NCBI GenBank assembly: GCA_965223855.1
Contig: CBDCXM010000009.1
Location: forward strand, 32,001-96,000
Origin: Candidatus Multivoradales bacterium
Lineage (GTDB): Bacteria > Acidobacteriota > Thermoanaerobaculia > Multivoradales > JAHEKO01
Direction: 5' to 3'
Length of the DNA: 64,000 bases
Shown: piece after piece, positions 8,221-19,619 of the stretch
Numbering within the stretch: the stretch's first letter is position 1
Layout: every line of letters begins with the position of its first letter
Position numbers and translations under genes: made by a program
Notes under the pieces: model-generated
What the model was told of the DNA's origin: nothing
The model's database searches: none
Seen by the model: the letters and a program-made list of their open reading frames with translations, nothing else

Positions 8221-9771
8221 CTACTCCGTCCGCAGCTCGGTCTTGAGAATCTTGCCGGTCGCCGTCATCGGCAGTGAGTCGCGGAACTCGACGAGGCGCG
8301 GGTACTTGTAGGCGGCGAGCCGCTCGCGCGTCCAGGCGACGAGCTCGTCCTCGGAAAGCTCTGCGCCTTCCGCGCGCACGACGAGCGCCTTGATCTCCTC
8401 GCCGTGCTCTTCGTCCGGCACTCCGATCACCGCGGCGAGCGACACCGCAGGGTGCTCCAGCAGCAGCTCTTCGATCTCGCGCGGATAGACGTTGAAGCCG
8501 CCGCGCAGGATCATGTCCTTGGTGCGATCGACGATGTAGAAATAGCCGTCGTCGTCCATCGTGCCGACGTCGCCGGTGTGGAACCAGCCGCCCCGCAGCG
8601 CCTCGGCGTTGGCCTCCGGGCGGCGATAGTAGCCCTTCATGACGTTGTGGCCGCGGATCACGATCTCGCCCCGGTCGCCCGGCGGCAGCGGTTGGTCGTC
8701 GCCGTCGACGATCCGCATCTCGACCCCCCAGATCGGGGTGCCGACCGAACCCGGCTTGCGCTCGCGGTCGAGGTGATTGAAGGAGGCGACCGGGGAGGTC
8801 TCGGAAAGGCCGTATCCCTCGAGGATCGGCACGTCGAAGCGCCGCTCGAACTCCTCGAGTACCGCCACCGGCAGCGCCGCGCCGCCGCTCACGGCGAGGC
8901 GGAGGTTGCGGGCGATCGCTTCGAGGTCGATGCCGTCGGTCTCCTGATGGTGGAGCAGCGCCCAGTACATCGTCGGTACGCCGGCGAAGAAGGTGATGCC
9001 GCGGCCGGCCAGCAGCTCGAGGCACGGCCCCGGCTCGAAGCGCGGCATCAGCACCGTCGTCACGCCGGTGTAGACCCCGGTCGCCATCAATACGACCTGG
9101 CCGAACGAGTGGAAAAGCGGCAGCACCAGGAGCGCCACGTCGTCGGGGGTGTAGGCCATCAGCTCGCGGTTGACGACGCAGTTCATGAACACGTTGGCGT
9201 GCGACAGCTCCGCCCCCTTGGGCTGACCGGTCGTCCCCGAGGTGTAGAGGATGACCGCGGTGTCGTCGGGACCGGTCTGCACGGTGTCGAAGGCGGCATC
9301 GCCGCTCGCCAGCAGAGCGCCGAGCGTCGTCGCCCCTTCGATCGGTGAGGCCGCCGCCGGGTCGGCGGTGATCGCGATCAGCTGCTCGCAACCGTCGGCC
9401 GCGGCAAAGCCGGCCGCTCCCTCCTCGCCCATCGGCAGCTCCGGCGTCCCCTCGAAGCAGAAGTATGCCTTCGCCTCCGAGTCGCCGAGGTGGTAGGCGA
9501 TCTCGCGCCGCTTGAAGAGCACGTTGAGCGGCACCACCACCGCACCCGCCTTGAGGATGCCGAAGTAGACCAGCGGGAAGTACGGGACGTTCGGGCAGGT
9601 GAGGGCGACCTTGTCGCCCGGCTCGACTCCCATCGCCGCCAGCCGGTCGGCGATCTTGCGGGCACCGCCGTCGAGCTGCGCATAGGAGATCTCGTTGTCG
9701 CCGAGAACGAAGGCGGGCTTGTCGGGGAAGCGCAGGGCGCTCTGCTCGAGCAGAGTGGCGAGATTCAGCAT
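8221..9771 (-). CDS. Long-chain fatty acid--CoA ligase
   Basis: YTSGTTGQPKG, EGYGLSETSP, WFHTGD, DRTKDMILRGG, TGKILK. Confidence 0.93.
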   Translation of the reverse strand: MLNLATLLEQSALRFPDKPAFVLGDNEISYAQLDGGARKIADRLAAMGVEPGDKVALTCPNVPYFPLVYFGILKAGAVVVPLNVLFKRREIAYHLGDSEAKAYFCFEGTPELPMGEEGAAGFAAADGCEQLIAITADPAAASPIEGATTLGALLASGDAAFDTVQTGPDDTAVILYTSGTTGQPKGAELSHANVFMNCVVNRELMAYTPDDVALLVLPLFHSFGQVVLMATGVYTGVTTVLMPRFEPGPCLELLAGRGITFFAGVPTMYWALLHHQETDGIDLEAIARNLRLAVSGGAALPVAVLEEFERRFDVPILEGYGLSETSPVASFNHLDRERKPGSVGTPIWGVEMRIVDGDDQPLPPGDRGEIVIRGHNVMKGYYRRPEANAEALRGGWFHTGDVGTMDDDGYFYIVDRTKDMILRGGFNVYPREIEELLLEHPAVSLAAVIGVPDEEHGEEIKALVVRAEGAELSEDELVAWTRERLAAYKYPRLVEFRDSLPMTATGKILKTELRTE

Positions 9772-9884
9772 CTTCGGGAACTCCTTGAGGTGGCGGGGAG
9801 TCTACCCTTCCGACCCACTCATGCTTGACGAACCGCCGGTCGACTCTTTCGACGATAGACCGCCGGAAACAGGGAGGAGACCCC

Positions 9885-10277
9885 ATGCGCTCATCGAAGA
9901 CTCGCTCGTTGCTCGCCGTTCTGGCGCTGCTCGTCGTCGCGTTTCCAGCGCTCGCCGGAGACGACACCATTTACGCCGTGGAGGGTGACGTCACCAAGCC
10001 GATCCGCACCGGCGGCCCGCTGCCCCACTACCCCGAGTTCGGCCACGACGAGAAAATCCAGGGCAAGGTCGTCGTCCGCGTCGTCATCGAGAAGGACGGC
10101 ACGATCGGCGACACCGAGGTCGTCGAGTCTCTGCGCGACGACTTCGACGCGTACACCTCCGAGACCGTGAGCGAGTGGACCTTCGAGCCGGCCACCCTCA
10201 ACGGAGCGCCGGTAAGGGTGCGCTACAACCTGACGGTCAACTACCGGCTCGACTCCGGCAACGAACCCGACGCTTAG
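9885..10277 (+). CDS. Exported stand-alone TonB C-terminal domain protein
   Basis: GGAGG RBS and signal peptide. PHYPE...IQGKVVVRVVIEKDG...WTFEPATLNGAPV. Confidence 0.85.
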   Translation: MRSSKTRSLLAVLALLVVAFPALAGDDTIYAVEGDVTKPIRTGGPLPHYPEFGHDEKIQGKVVVRVVIEKDGTIGDTEVVESLRDDFDAYTSETVSEWTFEPATLNGAPVRVRYNLTVNYRLDSGNEPDA

Positions 10278-10310
10278 AAAAGGGCGCGGTTCCCGAGGGC
10301 GGGGCGATCT

Positions 10311-10750
10311 TCAGAACAGCGTCGCTCCGGGCACTTCCGCCGCTCGCCGGATCCAGCCCGCGAGCCGCTCGTCCGGCTCGTCGTGCTCATAGATGTGGAA
10401 GTAGCGAACCTCCGGGTACTTCGATCTCTCAGGAGGCAGCGGGTCAAGTGAGCTGCCGTTGTGAAAGGTGAGCTTCAGTACCTTGTGAAGCAGTGGAAGG
10501 AGAGGAACCACCCCTGGCCTTCGATGCCGTAGAAAGGCGAGTTCCAGCGCACCGCCTTGCGCACTCCGGGCACCGTGGCAACGACGAGGTCGTCGATCGC
10601 ACGGCCCACACCGGCCTTCCAGCCCGGCATCGCAGTGAGGTACGCCTGCACCGGGCCGGGACCGTTCCCCTTCGGGATTTGCGGGTTGCCGCCTGAGAGG
10701 AGGACGGGCTGCGACGGATCTCGATCGTCCACGACCGCGATTGTAGACAC
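10311..10750 (-). pseudogene. DUF1801-family gene split by a 1-nt deletion near 10477 (pseudogene or read error)
   Basis: LLSGGNPQIPKG...AMPGWK...WNSPFYG...HCFTRY continues in another frame as LKLTFHNGSSLDPLPP. Confidence 0.75.
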
Positions 10751-10847
10751 CGGGACCCTCAGAGCCGAGGTCAGCGCGACCGTGAAGCCGTGCCCAACCC
10801 CGATCGCCTGCGAGGCCAGCTCACCCTCGGCACGACCGCCCCGCAGC

Positions 10848-10865
10848 TTGTGAAACTTTTCACAA
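10848..10865. promoter_or_regulatory. Rex operator
   Basis: TTGTGAA-ACTT-TTCACAA, an exact match to the Rex consensus, within the longer palindrome 10844-10869 about 100 bp upstream of actA. Confidence 0.8.
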
Positions 10866-10967
10866 GCTGTTAGAACACTCGCTCATACGCTCTTTCGCGG
10901 AGCCGTCGCCGCGCCGGGGCAGCTTCGAGCTCGTTCCGTATACTCGGCCACTCAGGACGCATCCCGA

Positions 10968-11612
10968 ATGCCGCAGATCTTCCACCGGTCGACCAACACG
11001 GTCGCGAAAGTCAGTCTCTTTGGCGCGGTGTTCTTCATCGCCGTCGCCGGGTGGGCACTGATGACGCTCGACCGGTCGGCCTATGTCACCGGCGAGGGAG
11101 TGACCCTCAACCAGCCGGTGCCGTTCTCGCACGATCACCACACGGCGGCGCTCGGGATCGACTGCCGCTACTGTCACACCAATGTCGAGGTCGGCGCCTC
11201 CGCCGGCATCCCGCCGACCGCCACCTGCATGAACTGCCACAAGCTGATCTGGAACGACTCCGAGATGCTGGCGCCGGTGCGGGCGAGCTTCGCCAGCGGC
11301 GAGCCGCTCGAGTGGAACCGCGTGCACGACCTGCCCGACTACGTCTACTTCGACCATTCGATCCACATCGCCAAGGGGGTCTCCTGCGTGAGCTGCCACG
11401 GCCGGGTGGACGAGATGCCGCTGATCTACCAGGCGTCGTCGCTCCACATGGAGTGGTGCCTCGACTGTCATATGGACCCCGAGCCGCATCTGCGGCCGCG
11501 GGAAGAGGTCTTCAACATGGCGTGGACGTCGGACGACCCCGAGCTCGGCGCACGTCTCGCCGCCGAGCACCACGTCGAACCGGGAATCGACTGCTCCACC
11601 TGTCACCGATGA
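10968..11612 (+). CDS. actA: Alternative complex III pentaheme cytochrome c
   Basis: Five CxxCH motifs (CRYCH, CMNCH, CVSCH, CLDCH, CSTCH), QPVPFSH, N-terminal TM. Confidence 0.93.
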   Translation: MPQIFHRSTNTVAKVSLFGAVFFIAVAGWALMTLDRSAYVTGEGVTLNQPVPFSHDHHTAALGIDCRYCHTNVEVGASAGIPPTATCMNCHKLIWNDSEMLAPVRASFASGEPLEWNRVHDLPDYVYFDHSIHIAKGVSCVSCHGRVDEMPLIYQASSLHMEWCLDCHMDPEPHLRPREEVFNMAWTSDDPELGARLAAEHHVEPGIDCSTCHR

Positions 11613-14600
11613 GCGTTCACGACCACCAGGACAGCTCCGAGACGCCGCCGGTGACTTCCGGCGCGCGCAAGGATCTCGATCTCGCCGAGGTGAGAGAGCG
11701 GCTTGCCGGCTCGAACGGCAAGCTCTACTGGCGAAGCCTCGAAGAGGTCGCCGAGACCCCCGAGTTCACCGAGATGATCCACCGCGAGTTCCCGCAGCTC
11801 GCGAGCGAGTGGGGCGAGGACGAAGGGGGCGTCAACCGCCGCCGTTTCCTTCAGCTGATGAGCGCCTCGGTCGCTTTCGGAGGGCTCACCGCCTGCACCC
11901 GCCAGCCGGACGAGAAGATCGTCCCCTGGGTGTCGCAGCCGGAGCAGCTGGTTCCGGGTCGGCCTCTCTACTTCGCGACGGCGATGGACTTCGACGGCTG
12001 GGCGGTGCCGCTGCTGGCGGAGAGCCACGACGGCCGGCCGACCAAGATCGAGGGCAACCCGGAGCATGCCGCCAGCCGCGGCGCGACCGACCTTTTCGCC
12101 CAGGCTTCGGTGCTCGATCTCTACGATCCCGACCGGCTGCAGACCGTCAGCGAGCTCGGCCGGATCCGCACCTGGAGCGCCTTCGCCGGGCGGATCGCCG
12201 AGAAGACCGCCGCGCTCGAGGGAACGCGCGGGCTCGGCCTCCGAATCCTCAGCGGACCGGTCACCTCCCCTACCGTTCGCCGGCTGATCGCCGACGTTCT
12301 CGACACCCACGGCTCGCGCGCCCGCTGGCACCAGTACTCCCCGCTGCGCTCAACCGCCGCCGTCGAGGCCGGACGCGCCGCCTGGGGCGGCGACTTCGTG
12401 CTTCGCCACAACTTCTCGAAGGCGGAGCGGGTGGTGTCGCTCGATGCCGACTTCCTCGGCTCCGGGCCGGCCGCCGTGGCCGACGCCCGCGCCTTCACGA
12501 GCCGGCGCAGGGCGCGCGCAGGCAGCACCGACCTCAACCGTCTCTACGTCTTCGAGTCGACTCCGACCCCGACCGGCAGCCTCGCCGATCACCGCGTGGC
12601 CATGTCGAGCGCCGAGCTCGCGCACTTCGCCGCCGAGCTCGCCGACGCGGTCGGCGGCGCGAGTGTCGCCGACGAGCGGGCGACGGCGGTGGCCGCGGAT
12701 CTCCGGGCTCACCGGGGCCGCTCGGTGGTGGTCGCCGGCGAGCACACGCCGGAAGCGGTGCAGCACCTCGCCCATGCGATGAACGCCGCGCTCGGCAACG
12801 TCGGCGAAACGGTGCTGCTGCGCGCCGCCGAAGAGGGCGAGCTGGTGGCCGGCGCCGACTCGCTCGCCGAACTGGTCGCCGACATCGACGCCGGCGACGT
12901 CGACCTGCTGCTGATCCTCGGCGGCAACCCCACCTACTCCGCGCCCGCCGACCTCGACCTGCCGGCGGCGCTCCAGAAGGTGCCGCAGTGCGTCTACCTC
13001 GGCTCGCACGACGACGAGACGGCGCAGTACTGCCACTGGAACCTGCCGGCCGCCCACTACCTCGAGAGCTGGGGCGACGGCCTCGCCGTCGATGGCACAC
13101 CGACCCTCACCCAGCCGCTCATCGAGCCGCTCTACGGGGGCCGCTCGGCGGCCGAGGTGCTGTCGATCTTCACCGCCGACGGCGAGCGCCCGGGCGACGA
13201 GCTGGTGCAGGACACCTGGCGCAGCCGCGTCTCCGGTGACTTCGACACCGCCTGGCGCAAGGCGCTCCACGACGGCTTCCTCAAGGTGGACGGCGCCGCT
13301 CCGGACGCCGTGCAGGCCGCGACGGGCGCCGCGGGCGCCGCCGCAGCGGCACGGTCGCTCGACACCGCGGCGCTCGAGATCGCCTTCCGGCCCGATCCGA
13401 CGGTGCTCGACGGCCGCTACGCCAACAACGGCTGGCTCCAGGAGTGCCCCAAGCCGTTCACCAAGCTGACCTGGGACAACGCCCTGCTCGTGGCGCCGTC
13501 GCGGGCCGAGGCGCTCGGCGTCGGGAGCGAGGACCTGGTGACGGTGACGGTCGAGGGTCGCACCCTCGAAGTGCCGGTCTGGGTTCACCCCGGACAGGCG
13601 GACCACACCGTGACCCTCCATCTCGGCTACGGGCGCTCGCGCACCGGCCGGGTCGGCACAGGCACCGGCTTCGACGCCGGGCGCCTGCGCACCGCCTCCG
13701 CCCTCTTCTCGGCACCGTGCGAGGTCGTGAAGAGCGGCGGCCAGTACGAGCTCGCCTCGACGCAACTCCACGACAACATCGCCCACGACCGCTTCCAGGG
13801 CGACAACCTCGAGGGGCGCACCGCCGAGAAGCGGCACCTGATCCGCGAAGCGACGGTCGACGAGTTCGAGGCGCATCCCGACTTCCCGCATCACCACGGT
13901 CACGGCATCGACGAGAGTCTGTCGATGATGCCGGGCTACGACTATTCCGATGGCCACGCGTGGGGGATGTCGGTCGACCTCGGCGCCTGCACGAGTTGCA
14001 ACGCCTGCGTCGTCGCCTGCCAGTCGGAGAACAACATCCCGGTCGTCGGCAAGGAAGAGGTGGCCAAAGGGCGGGAGATGCACTGGATCCGCATCGACCG
14101 CTACTACCAGGGCGAGCTGGAGGATCCGGCGCTTCATCACCAGCCGGTGATGTGCATGCACTGCGAGCAGGCGCCGTGCGAGGTCGTCTGCCCGGTGGCG
14201 GCGACGGTGCACAGCGACGAGGGGCTCAACGACATGGTGTACAACCGCTGTGTCGGCACCCGCTACTGCGCCAACAACTGCCCGTACAAGGTGCGGCGGT
14301 TCAACTTCTTCAAGTACAGCGACACCGAGACCGAGTCGCTCAAGCTGCAGCGCAACCCCGACGTCACGGTGCGCACGCGCGGCGTGATGGAGAAGTGCTC
14401 GTACTGCGTGCAGCGCATCTCGAAGGCGGGGATCGAAGCGCGCAAGGAAGACCGTCGCGTGCGCGACGGCGAGGTCGTCACCGCCTGCCAGCAGGCATGC
14501 CCGACCGAGGCGATCGTCTTCGGCGACCTCAACGATCCGGAGTCGCGGGTCGCCCGCCGCAAGGCGCAGCCGCACGACTACGGCATCCTGACCGAGCTGG

Positions 14601-14704
14601 GAACGCGGCCGCGCACCACCTACCTGGCCAAGGTGACGAACCCGAACCCGCAGTGGCCGGGTGCGGACTCCGCCCACGGCGCCTCGGAGAACGGCCATGG
14701 CTGA
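11609..14704 (+). CDS. actB: Alternative complex III subunit B (molybdopterin-oxidoreductase-like plus Fe-S)
   Basis: ATGA overlap. YWRSLEE...NRRRFLQLM Tat-variant leader. [35 protein letters not shown]. Confidence 0.93.
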   Translation: MSVHDHQDSSETPPVTSGARKDLDLAEVRERLAGSNGKLYWRSLEEVAETPEFTEMIHREFPQLASEWGEDEGGVNRRRFLQLMSASVAFGGLTACTRQPDEKIVPWVSQPEQLVPGRPLYFATAMDFDGWAVPLLAESHDGRPTKIEGNPEHAASRGATDLFAQASVLDLYDPDRLQTVSELGRIRTWSAFAGRIAEKTAALEGTRGLGLRILSGPVTSPTVRRLIADVLDTHGSRARWHQYSPLRSTAAVEAGRAAWGGDFVLRHNFSKAERVVSLDADFLGSGPAAVADARAFTSRRRARAGSTDLNRLYVFESTPTPTGSLADHRVAMSSAELAHFAAELADAVGGASVADERATAVAADLRAHRGRSVVVAGEHTPEAVQHLAHAMNAALGNVGETVLLRAAEEGELVAGADSLAELVADIDAGDVDLLLILGGNPTYSAPADLDLPAALQKVPQCVYLGSHDDETAQYCHWNLPAAHYLESWGDGLAVDGTPTLTQPLIEPLYGGRSAAEVLSIFTADGERPGDELVQDTWRSRVSGDFDTAWRKALHDGFLKVDGAAPDAVQAATGAAGAAAAARSLDTAALEIAFRPDPTVLDGRYANNGWLQECPKPFTKLTWDNALLVAPSRAEALGVGSEDLVTVTVEGRTLEVPVWVHPGQADHTVTLHLGYGRSRTGRVGTGTGFDAGRLRTASALFSAPCEVVKSGGQYELASTQLHDNIAHDRFQGDNLEGRTAEKRHLIREATVDEFEAHPDFPHHHGHGIDESLSMMPGYDYSDGHAWGMSVDLGACTSCNACVVACQSENNIPVVGKEEVAKGREMHWIRIDRYYQGELEDPALHHQPVMCMHCEQAPCEVVCPVAATVHSDEGLNDMVYNRCVGTRYCANNCPYKVRRFNFFKYSDTETESLKLQRNPDVTVRTRGVMEKCSYCVQRISKAGIEARKEDRRVRDGEVVTACQQACPTEAIVFGDLNDPESRVARRKAQPHDYGILTELGTRPRTTYLAKVTNPNPQWPGADSAHGASENGHG

Positions 14705-16082
14705 TCTCAATCCCGAGAGCCGCATGGGCAAGCCGCCGGTGGTCGCCGAAGGGCACACACCGGCGTCGGTCACCGACCAGATCAGCTCGATCGTCCTCGA
14801 GAAGACGCCGCGCTGGTGGTGGCTCGCCTTCGGCGCCTCGTTCGCCGTCATGCAGCTGCTGCTGCTCGGCCTCGTGGTGCTGGTGTTCAAGGGAGTCGGC
14901 ATCTGGGGAGTCAACAACCCGGTCGGCTGGGGCTTCGCGATCATCAACTTCGTCTGGTGGATCGGCATCGGCCACGCCGGGACGCTGATCTCGGCGATCC
15001 TGCTGCTGCTGCGCCAGGAGTGGCGAACCTCGATCAACCGTTTCGCCGAAGCGATGACGCTCTTTGCGGTCGCCTGTGCCGGCGTCTTCCCGCTGGTGCA
15101 CGTCGGCCGCCCGTGGCTCGCCTACTGGCTGCTGCCCTACCCGAACACCATGGCCCTGTGGCCGAACTTCCGCTCGCCGCTGATCTGGGACGTGTTCGCG
15201 GTGACGACCTACGCCACCGTGTCGGCGCTCTTCTGGTACGTCGGCCTGATCCCCGATCTCGGGACGCTGAGGGATCGCTCCAAGCGCCGCTGGAAGAAGA
15301 TCGTCTACGGCTTCGCCTCGATGGGCTGGCGCGGACACGCCGAGCACTGGCACAACTACGAGGTCGCCTACCTGCTGCTGGCCGGTCTGGCGACCCCACT
15401 GGTGGTCTCGGTGCACACGGTGGTGTCGTTCGACTTCGCCGTCGGGCAGATCCCCGGCTGGCACGCGACGATCTTCCCGCCCTACTTCGTCGCCGGCGCG
15501 GTGTTCGCCGGCTTCGCCATGGTGCTGACCCTGGCGATCCCGTTGCGCGAGGTCTTCGGCCTCAAGGACTTCATCACCATGCGCCACATCCAGAACATGG
15601 CGAAGGTGATGCTCACGACCGGTCTGATCGTCGGCTACGGCTACCTGGTCGAGATCTTCATGGCCTTCTACAGCGGCAATCAGTACGAGGAGTTCATGAT
15701 CCTCAACCGCATCCAGGGGCCGTACAAGATCCACTGGTGGGCTCTGCTTTTGTGCAACGTGCTGGCGCCGCAGCTGATCTGGTTGCGCAAGGTGCGCAAC
15801 TCGCCGTGGCTGGTCTTCCTGGTGGCGATGTTCGTCAACGTCGGCATGTGGCTCGAGCGCTTCGTCATCGTCGTCACCAGCCTGTCGCGCGACTTCCTGC
15901 CGTCATCGTGGGGCACCTACTCCGGCACCCGCTGGGACTGGGCGATCTACGTCGGCACGATCGGCCTCTTCTTCTCGCTGCTGTTCCTCTTCGTCCGCTT
16001 CCTGCCGATGATCTCGATCTTCGAGATGCGAACGATCCTCCCTGAGGCGAAGGAAGTGCAGAAGAAGGGAGGGGGTCACTGA
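14697..16082 (+). CDS. actC: Alternative complex III NrfD-family quinol-binding subunit
   Basis: [33 protein letters not shown]. Confidence 0.93.
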   Translation: MADLNPESRMGKPPVVAEGHTPASVTDQISSIVLEKTPRWWWLAFGASFAVMQLLLLGLVVLVFKGVGIWGVNNPVGWGFAIINFVWWIGIGHAGTLISAILLLLRQEWRTSINRFAEAMTLFAVACAGVFPLVHVGRPWLAYWLLPYPNTMALWPNFRSPLIWDVFAVTTYATVSALFWYVGLIPDLGTLRDRSKRRWKKIVYGFASMGWRGHAEHWHNYEVAYLLLAGLATPLVVSVHTVVSFDFAVGQIPGWHATIFPPYFVAGAVFAGFAMVLTLAIPLREVFGLKDFITMRHIQNMAKVMLTTGLIVGYGYLVEIFMAFYSGNQYEEFMILNRIQGPYKIHWWALLLCNVLAPQLIWLRKVRNSPWLVFLVAMFVNVGMWLERFVIVVTSLSRDFLPSSWGTYSGTRWDWAIYVGTIGLFFSLLFLFVRFLPMISIFEMRTILPEAKEVQKKGGGH

Positions 16083-16636
16083 TGGCACGCTTCCGGACCG
16101 CCGAGGGCGAGAACCTCTACGGGCTGATGGCCGAGTACGACTCGCCCGAGAAGCTGATCGACGCCTGCCACGCGGCGCGCAAGGCGGGCTTCAAGCGGCT
16201 CGGCGCCTACACCCCCTATCCGATCGAAGAGGTGTGGGAGGCGATCGGCCACCACAAGTCGAAGCTGCCGCTGATCGTTCTGATCGGGGGGCTTGTCGGG
16301 GCCATCGGCGGCTTCATGCTCCAGTACTGGACCTCGGTCGAGGCCTACCCGATGAACATCGGTGGCCGGCCGTTCAACTCATGGGTCGCCTTCATCATCC
16401 CGGCGTTCGAGACCACGATCCTGTGCGCCGCGTTCGCCGCGGTGCTCGGGATGTTCGCGCTCAACGGGCTGCCGCAGCCCTACCACCCCGCCTTCAACGT
16501 CGAGCGCTTTGCCGAGGCGTCGCGCGACCGCTACTTCCTGCTCATCACGACCAAGGATCCGGACTTCGACCCCGCGCGCGCGCGCGAGGTGCTCGAGGGG
16601 ACGGAGCCTACGGAGGTGAACGAAGTTGAGGAGTAG
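16082..16636 (+). CDS. actD: Alternative complex III subunit D (DUF3341)
   Basis: AYTPYPI, YPMNIGGRPFNSWVAFIIPAFE, NGLPQPYHP. Confidence 0.9.
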   Translation: MARFRTAEGENLYGLMAEYDSPEKLIDACHAARKAGFKRLGAYTPYPIEEVWEAIGHHKSKLPLIVLIGGLVGAIGGFMLQYWTSVEAYPMNIGGRPFNSWVAFIIPAFETTILCAAFAAVLGMFALNGLPQPYHPAFNVERFAEASRDRYFLLITTKDPDFDPARAREVLEGTEPTEVNEVEE

Positions 16637-17228
16637 GGAGTTCGGAGGCGGGAGGCTCAGGAGCGAGGCTGCGCTGGCGCTCGTGGCGCTTTTCGCCCTC
16701 GTCGGCTGCCGGCAGGACATGCACGACCAGCCGCGACTCGAGCCGTACGAGGTGAGCGACTTCTTCGCCGACGGTGTCGGTGCGCGGCTTCCCGTCGAGG
16801 GGACCGTCGCCCGCGGCTGGCTGCGCGAAGACGACCACCTCTACCGCGGCATCGGCGACGACGGCAGCTTCGCCACCGAGGCTCCGATGGCCGTCGATCG
16901 GGCACTCCTCGAACGCGGCCGCGAGCGCTACGACATCTTCTGCTCGCCGTGCCACGGTCGGGTCGGCGACGGCCGCGGCATGATCGTCCAGCGCGGCTTC
17001 AAACAGCCGAACTCGTTCCACGACGAAAGGCTCCGCTCGATGCCGATCGGCTACTTCTTCGACGTCCAGACGAACGGCTTCGGCGAGATGTCGAGTTACT
17101 CCGCCCAGGTACCGGTCGCCGACCGCTGGGCGATCGCCGCCTACGTCCACGCGCTGCAGCTGAGCCAGAACGTCGCCGCCGTCGATCTGTCGGCCGCCGA
17201 CCGCGAGGCGCTGGAGGAGTCGCGATGA
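16626..17228 (+). CDS. actE: Alternative complex III monoheme cytochrome c lipoprotein
   Basis: Lipobox LVGC followed by RQDMHDQP, heme motif CSPCH, DRWAIAAY. Confidence 0.9.
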   Translation: MRSREFGGGRLRSEAALALVALFALVGCRQDMHDQPRLEPYEVSDFFADGVGARLPVEGTVARGWLREDDHLYRGIGDDGSFATEAPMAVDRALLERGRERYDIFCSPCHGRVGDGRGMIVQRGFKQPNSFHDERLRSMPIGYFFDVQTNGFGEMSSYSAQVPVADRWAIAAYVHALQLSQNVAAVDLSAADREALEESR

Positions 17229-18406
17229 GTCACGAATTCGCGCCGCCTACCCGCGACCTCAAGGGCCTCGAGCGCAAGGCGTGGATCGTCGGCCTCGCCG
17301 CTTCGGCGGCGACGGTGCTGGGACTCTTTGTCGATCGCACCCAGTTCTTCCGCTCCTACCACGTCGCCTGGCTCTTCTGGCTCGGCCTGGCGCTCGGCTG
17401 CTTCGCCGTCGCCCTGCTCCACCAGCTGACCCGCGGCGCCTGGGGACTGATGATCCGCCGCGTCCTCGGCGCAGCGACCCGCACCCTCCCCTGGCTGCTG
17501 CTCGGCTTCGCGCCGATCATTTTCGGGATGGAGGAGATCTTCTCGTGGGCGCGGCCCGAGGCGGTCAACGACCCGCTGGTGCAGCACAAGGCCTGGTGGC
17601 TCAACGAACGCGGCTTCATCGTCCGCGGGGTGATCTACTTCGCCGTCTGGCTGCTGCCCGCCTGGGCGCTCAACCGGATGTCTCTCATCCAGGACGAGCG
17701 GCCGAGCGACAAACTGTTCGGGCGGATGCAGGCGATTGCGGCGCCGGCGCTCGTCGCCTACGTGCTGGTCGCCACGCTCGCCTCGGTCGACTGGCTGATG
17801 TCGCTCGACCCGCACTGGTACTCGAGTCTCTTCGGAGTCGCCTACGTCATCGGCCACGGGGTGGCGGCGTTCGCCTTCGCCATCCTGGTGGCGCTCTACC
17901 TCTCGAACCGGCCGCCGCTCTCCGGCAAGCTCGAACCGAAGCACTTCCACGACTACGGCAAGCTGCTGCTGGCGTTCGTGATGCTGTGGACCTACATGCA
18001 GCTCTCGCAGCTCATCATCATCTGGTCGGGCAACCTGCCGGAAGAGGTGACCTTCTACCTGAACCGCACCGAGGGAGGGTGGAAGTACCTCTCACTCTCC
18101 CTCGTCTTCCTGCACTTCGCGTTGCCGTTCGTACTGCTCCTGTCGCGGGACCTCAAACGCGACGCCCGGAAGCTCGCCCGTGTGGCGATCCTGCTGCTGG
18201 TGATGCGCTGGTTCGACCTCTACTGGCTGGCCGCACCCGCGTGGGGGCACGGTGCCGGGAGTCACGGGCTCCACTTCCACTGGCTCGACGTCACCGCGGT
18301 GGTCGGCCTCGGCGGCCTGTGGCTCGGCCTGTTCTTCCGCGAGCTGGGCAAGCGGCCGATGCTGCCGGCGTTCGAACCGTTCCTCAAGGAGGCGCTCGAT
18401 CGATGA
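17225..18406 (+). CDS. actF: Alternative complex III membrane subunit F
   Basis: ATG 17225. DWLMSLDPHWYSS, HDYGKLLLAFVMLWTY, IIWSGNLPEE. Confidence 0.9.
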   Translation: MSHEFAPPTRDLKGLERKAWIVGLAASAATVLGLFVDRTQFFRSYHVAWLFWLGLALGCFAVALLHQLTRGAWGLMIRRVLGAATRTLPWLLLGFAPIIFGMEEIFSWARPEAVNDPLVQHKAWWLNERGFIVRGVIYFAVWLLPAWALNRMSLIQDERPSDKLFGRMQAIAAPALVAYVLVATLASVDWLMSLDPHWYSSLFGVAYVIGHGVAAFAFAILVALYLSNRPPLSGKLEPKHFHDYGKLLLAFVMLWTYMQLSQLIIIWSGNLPEEVTFYLNRTEGGWKYLSLSLVFLHFALPFVLLLSRDLKRDARKLARVAILLLVMRWFDLYWLAAPAWGHGAGSHGLHFHWLDVTAVVGLGGLWLGLFFRELGKRPMLPAFEPFLKEALDR

Positions 18407-18795
18407 ACGAGCACCTCGACCGCGAACTCAATCTCAAGGCGATCGTCGGCTTCGCCGTCGGCCTCGTCGTGGTGACCGCCGTGAGTGCGGCGCTGATGTG
18501 GGGGCTCTCCGTCCTCCTGCGCGGCATGGAAGAGGCGAAGGACCCGCCGCCTCCAGCGCTCGCCGCGGCCGCGGAGGCATACCAGCCGCCGGAGCCGCGC
18601 CTCCAGACCGATCCGGAGCTCGAGCTCGTCGAGCTGCGCGCGCGCGAGCAGTCGGTGCTCGACGGCTACGGCTGGGTCGATCGCGACGGTGGCATCGCCC
18701 GAGTGCCGATCGACCGCGCGATCGAGATGATCACCGGTGAGCCGGCAGCGCCCGCCGACCCGAAGGCCGTCGAGGACGAGGGAGGGCACCACTGA
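18403..18795 (+). CDS. actG: Alternative complex III subunit G-like single-TM protein
   Basis: One TM, PPEPRLQ, GYGWVD...RVPIDRAI, positioned between actF and the SCO gene. Confidence 0.75.
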   Translation: MNEHLDRELNLKAIVGFAVGLVVVTAVSAALMWGLSVLLRGMEEAKDPPPPALAAAAEAYQPPEPRLQTDPELELVELRAREQSVLDGYGWVDRDGGIARVPIDRAIEMITGEPAAPADPKAVEDEGGHH

Positions 18796-19607
18796 TGCGC
18801 CGCAGCCTCGTCCTCGCCGTCCTGATCGCCGCGCTGCCGTGGACCGCGACCGCCCAGGTCCAGAACAACACCCTGCCGGCCGCGCTCGAAGGGGTCGCGT
18901 TCGAACAACGGCTCGGCGACGGTCTGCCGCTCGACGCAGAGTTCATCGACGCCTCCGGACGGACCGTGGCGCTGGGAGACTACTTCGGCGAGCGTCCGGT
19001 GGTCATCGCGCTCGTCTATTACGAGTGCCCGATGCTGTGCAATCTGGTGCTCAACGGCCTCGTCGCCTCGCTGCGAGCGGTCGACTTCGACCCGGGGAGC
19101 GAGTTCGACGTCATCGCGGTGTCGTTCGACCCGCGGGAGAAGGCGGCACTCGCCGCCTCGAAGAAGGCCAACTACGTCGAGAGCTACGGCCGCGAAGGCA
19201 CCGAAGACGGCTGGCACTTCCTCACCGGCGACGAGGTCTCGATCGCCCGGCTGACCGAAGCGGTCGGCTTCTCCTACCGCTTCGACGACGTGAGCGAGGA
19301 GTTCGCCCATTCCGCCGGCATCGTCGTCGCGACGCCCGACGGCAGGGTGGCGCGCTACTTCTACGGCGTCGAGTATCCGCCCCGCGATCTGAGGCTCGGC
19401 CTCGTCGAGGCTTCCGAGAACACCATCGGATCGTTCGCCGATCAGGTGCTCCTCTACTGCTTCCACTACGACGCGGTCGCCGGCCGCTACAGCTTCGCCA
19501 CCCTGACCGCGGTGCGGATCGGCGGCGTGCTCACCGTCCTCACCCTCCTGACCTTCCTCTTCACGCAGCTCCGCCGCGAGCGCGCAACCATGGCTCCGGG
19601 TCACTAG
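18795..19607 (+). CDS. SCO1/SenC-family copper chaperone
   Basis: YYECPMLC, WHFLTG, FAHSAG. Confidence 0.9.
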   Translation: MRRSLVLAVLIAALPWTATAQVQNNTLPAALEGVAFEQRLGDGLPLDAEFIDASGRTVALGDYFGERPVVIALVYYECPMLCNLVLNGLVASLRAVDFDPGSEFDVIAVSFDPREKAALAASKKANYVESYGREGTEDGWHFLTGDEVSIARLTEAVGFSYRFDDVSEEFAHSAGIVVATPDGRVARYFYGVEYPPRDLRLGLVEASENTIGSFADQVLLYCFHYDAVAGRYSFATLTAVRIGGVLTVLTLLTFLFTQLRRERATMAPGH

Positions 19608-19619
19608 CTTCGGTCTGAC

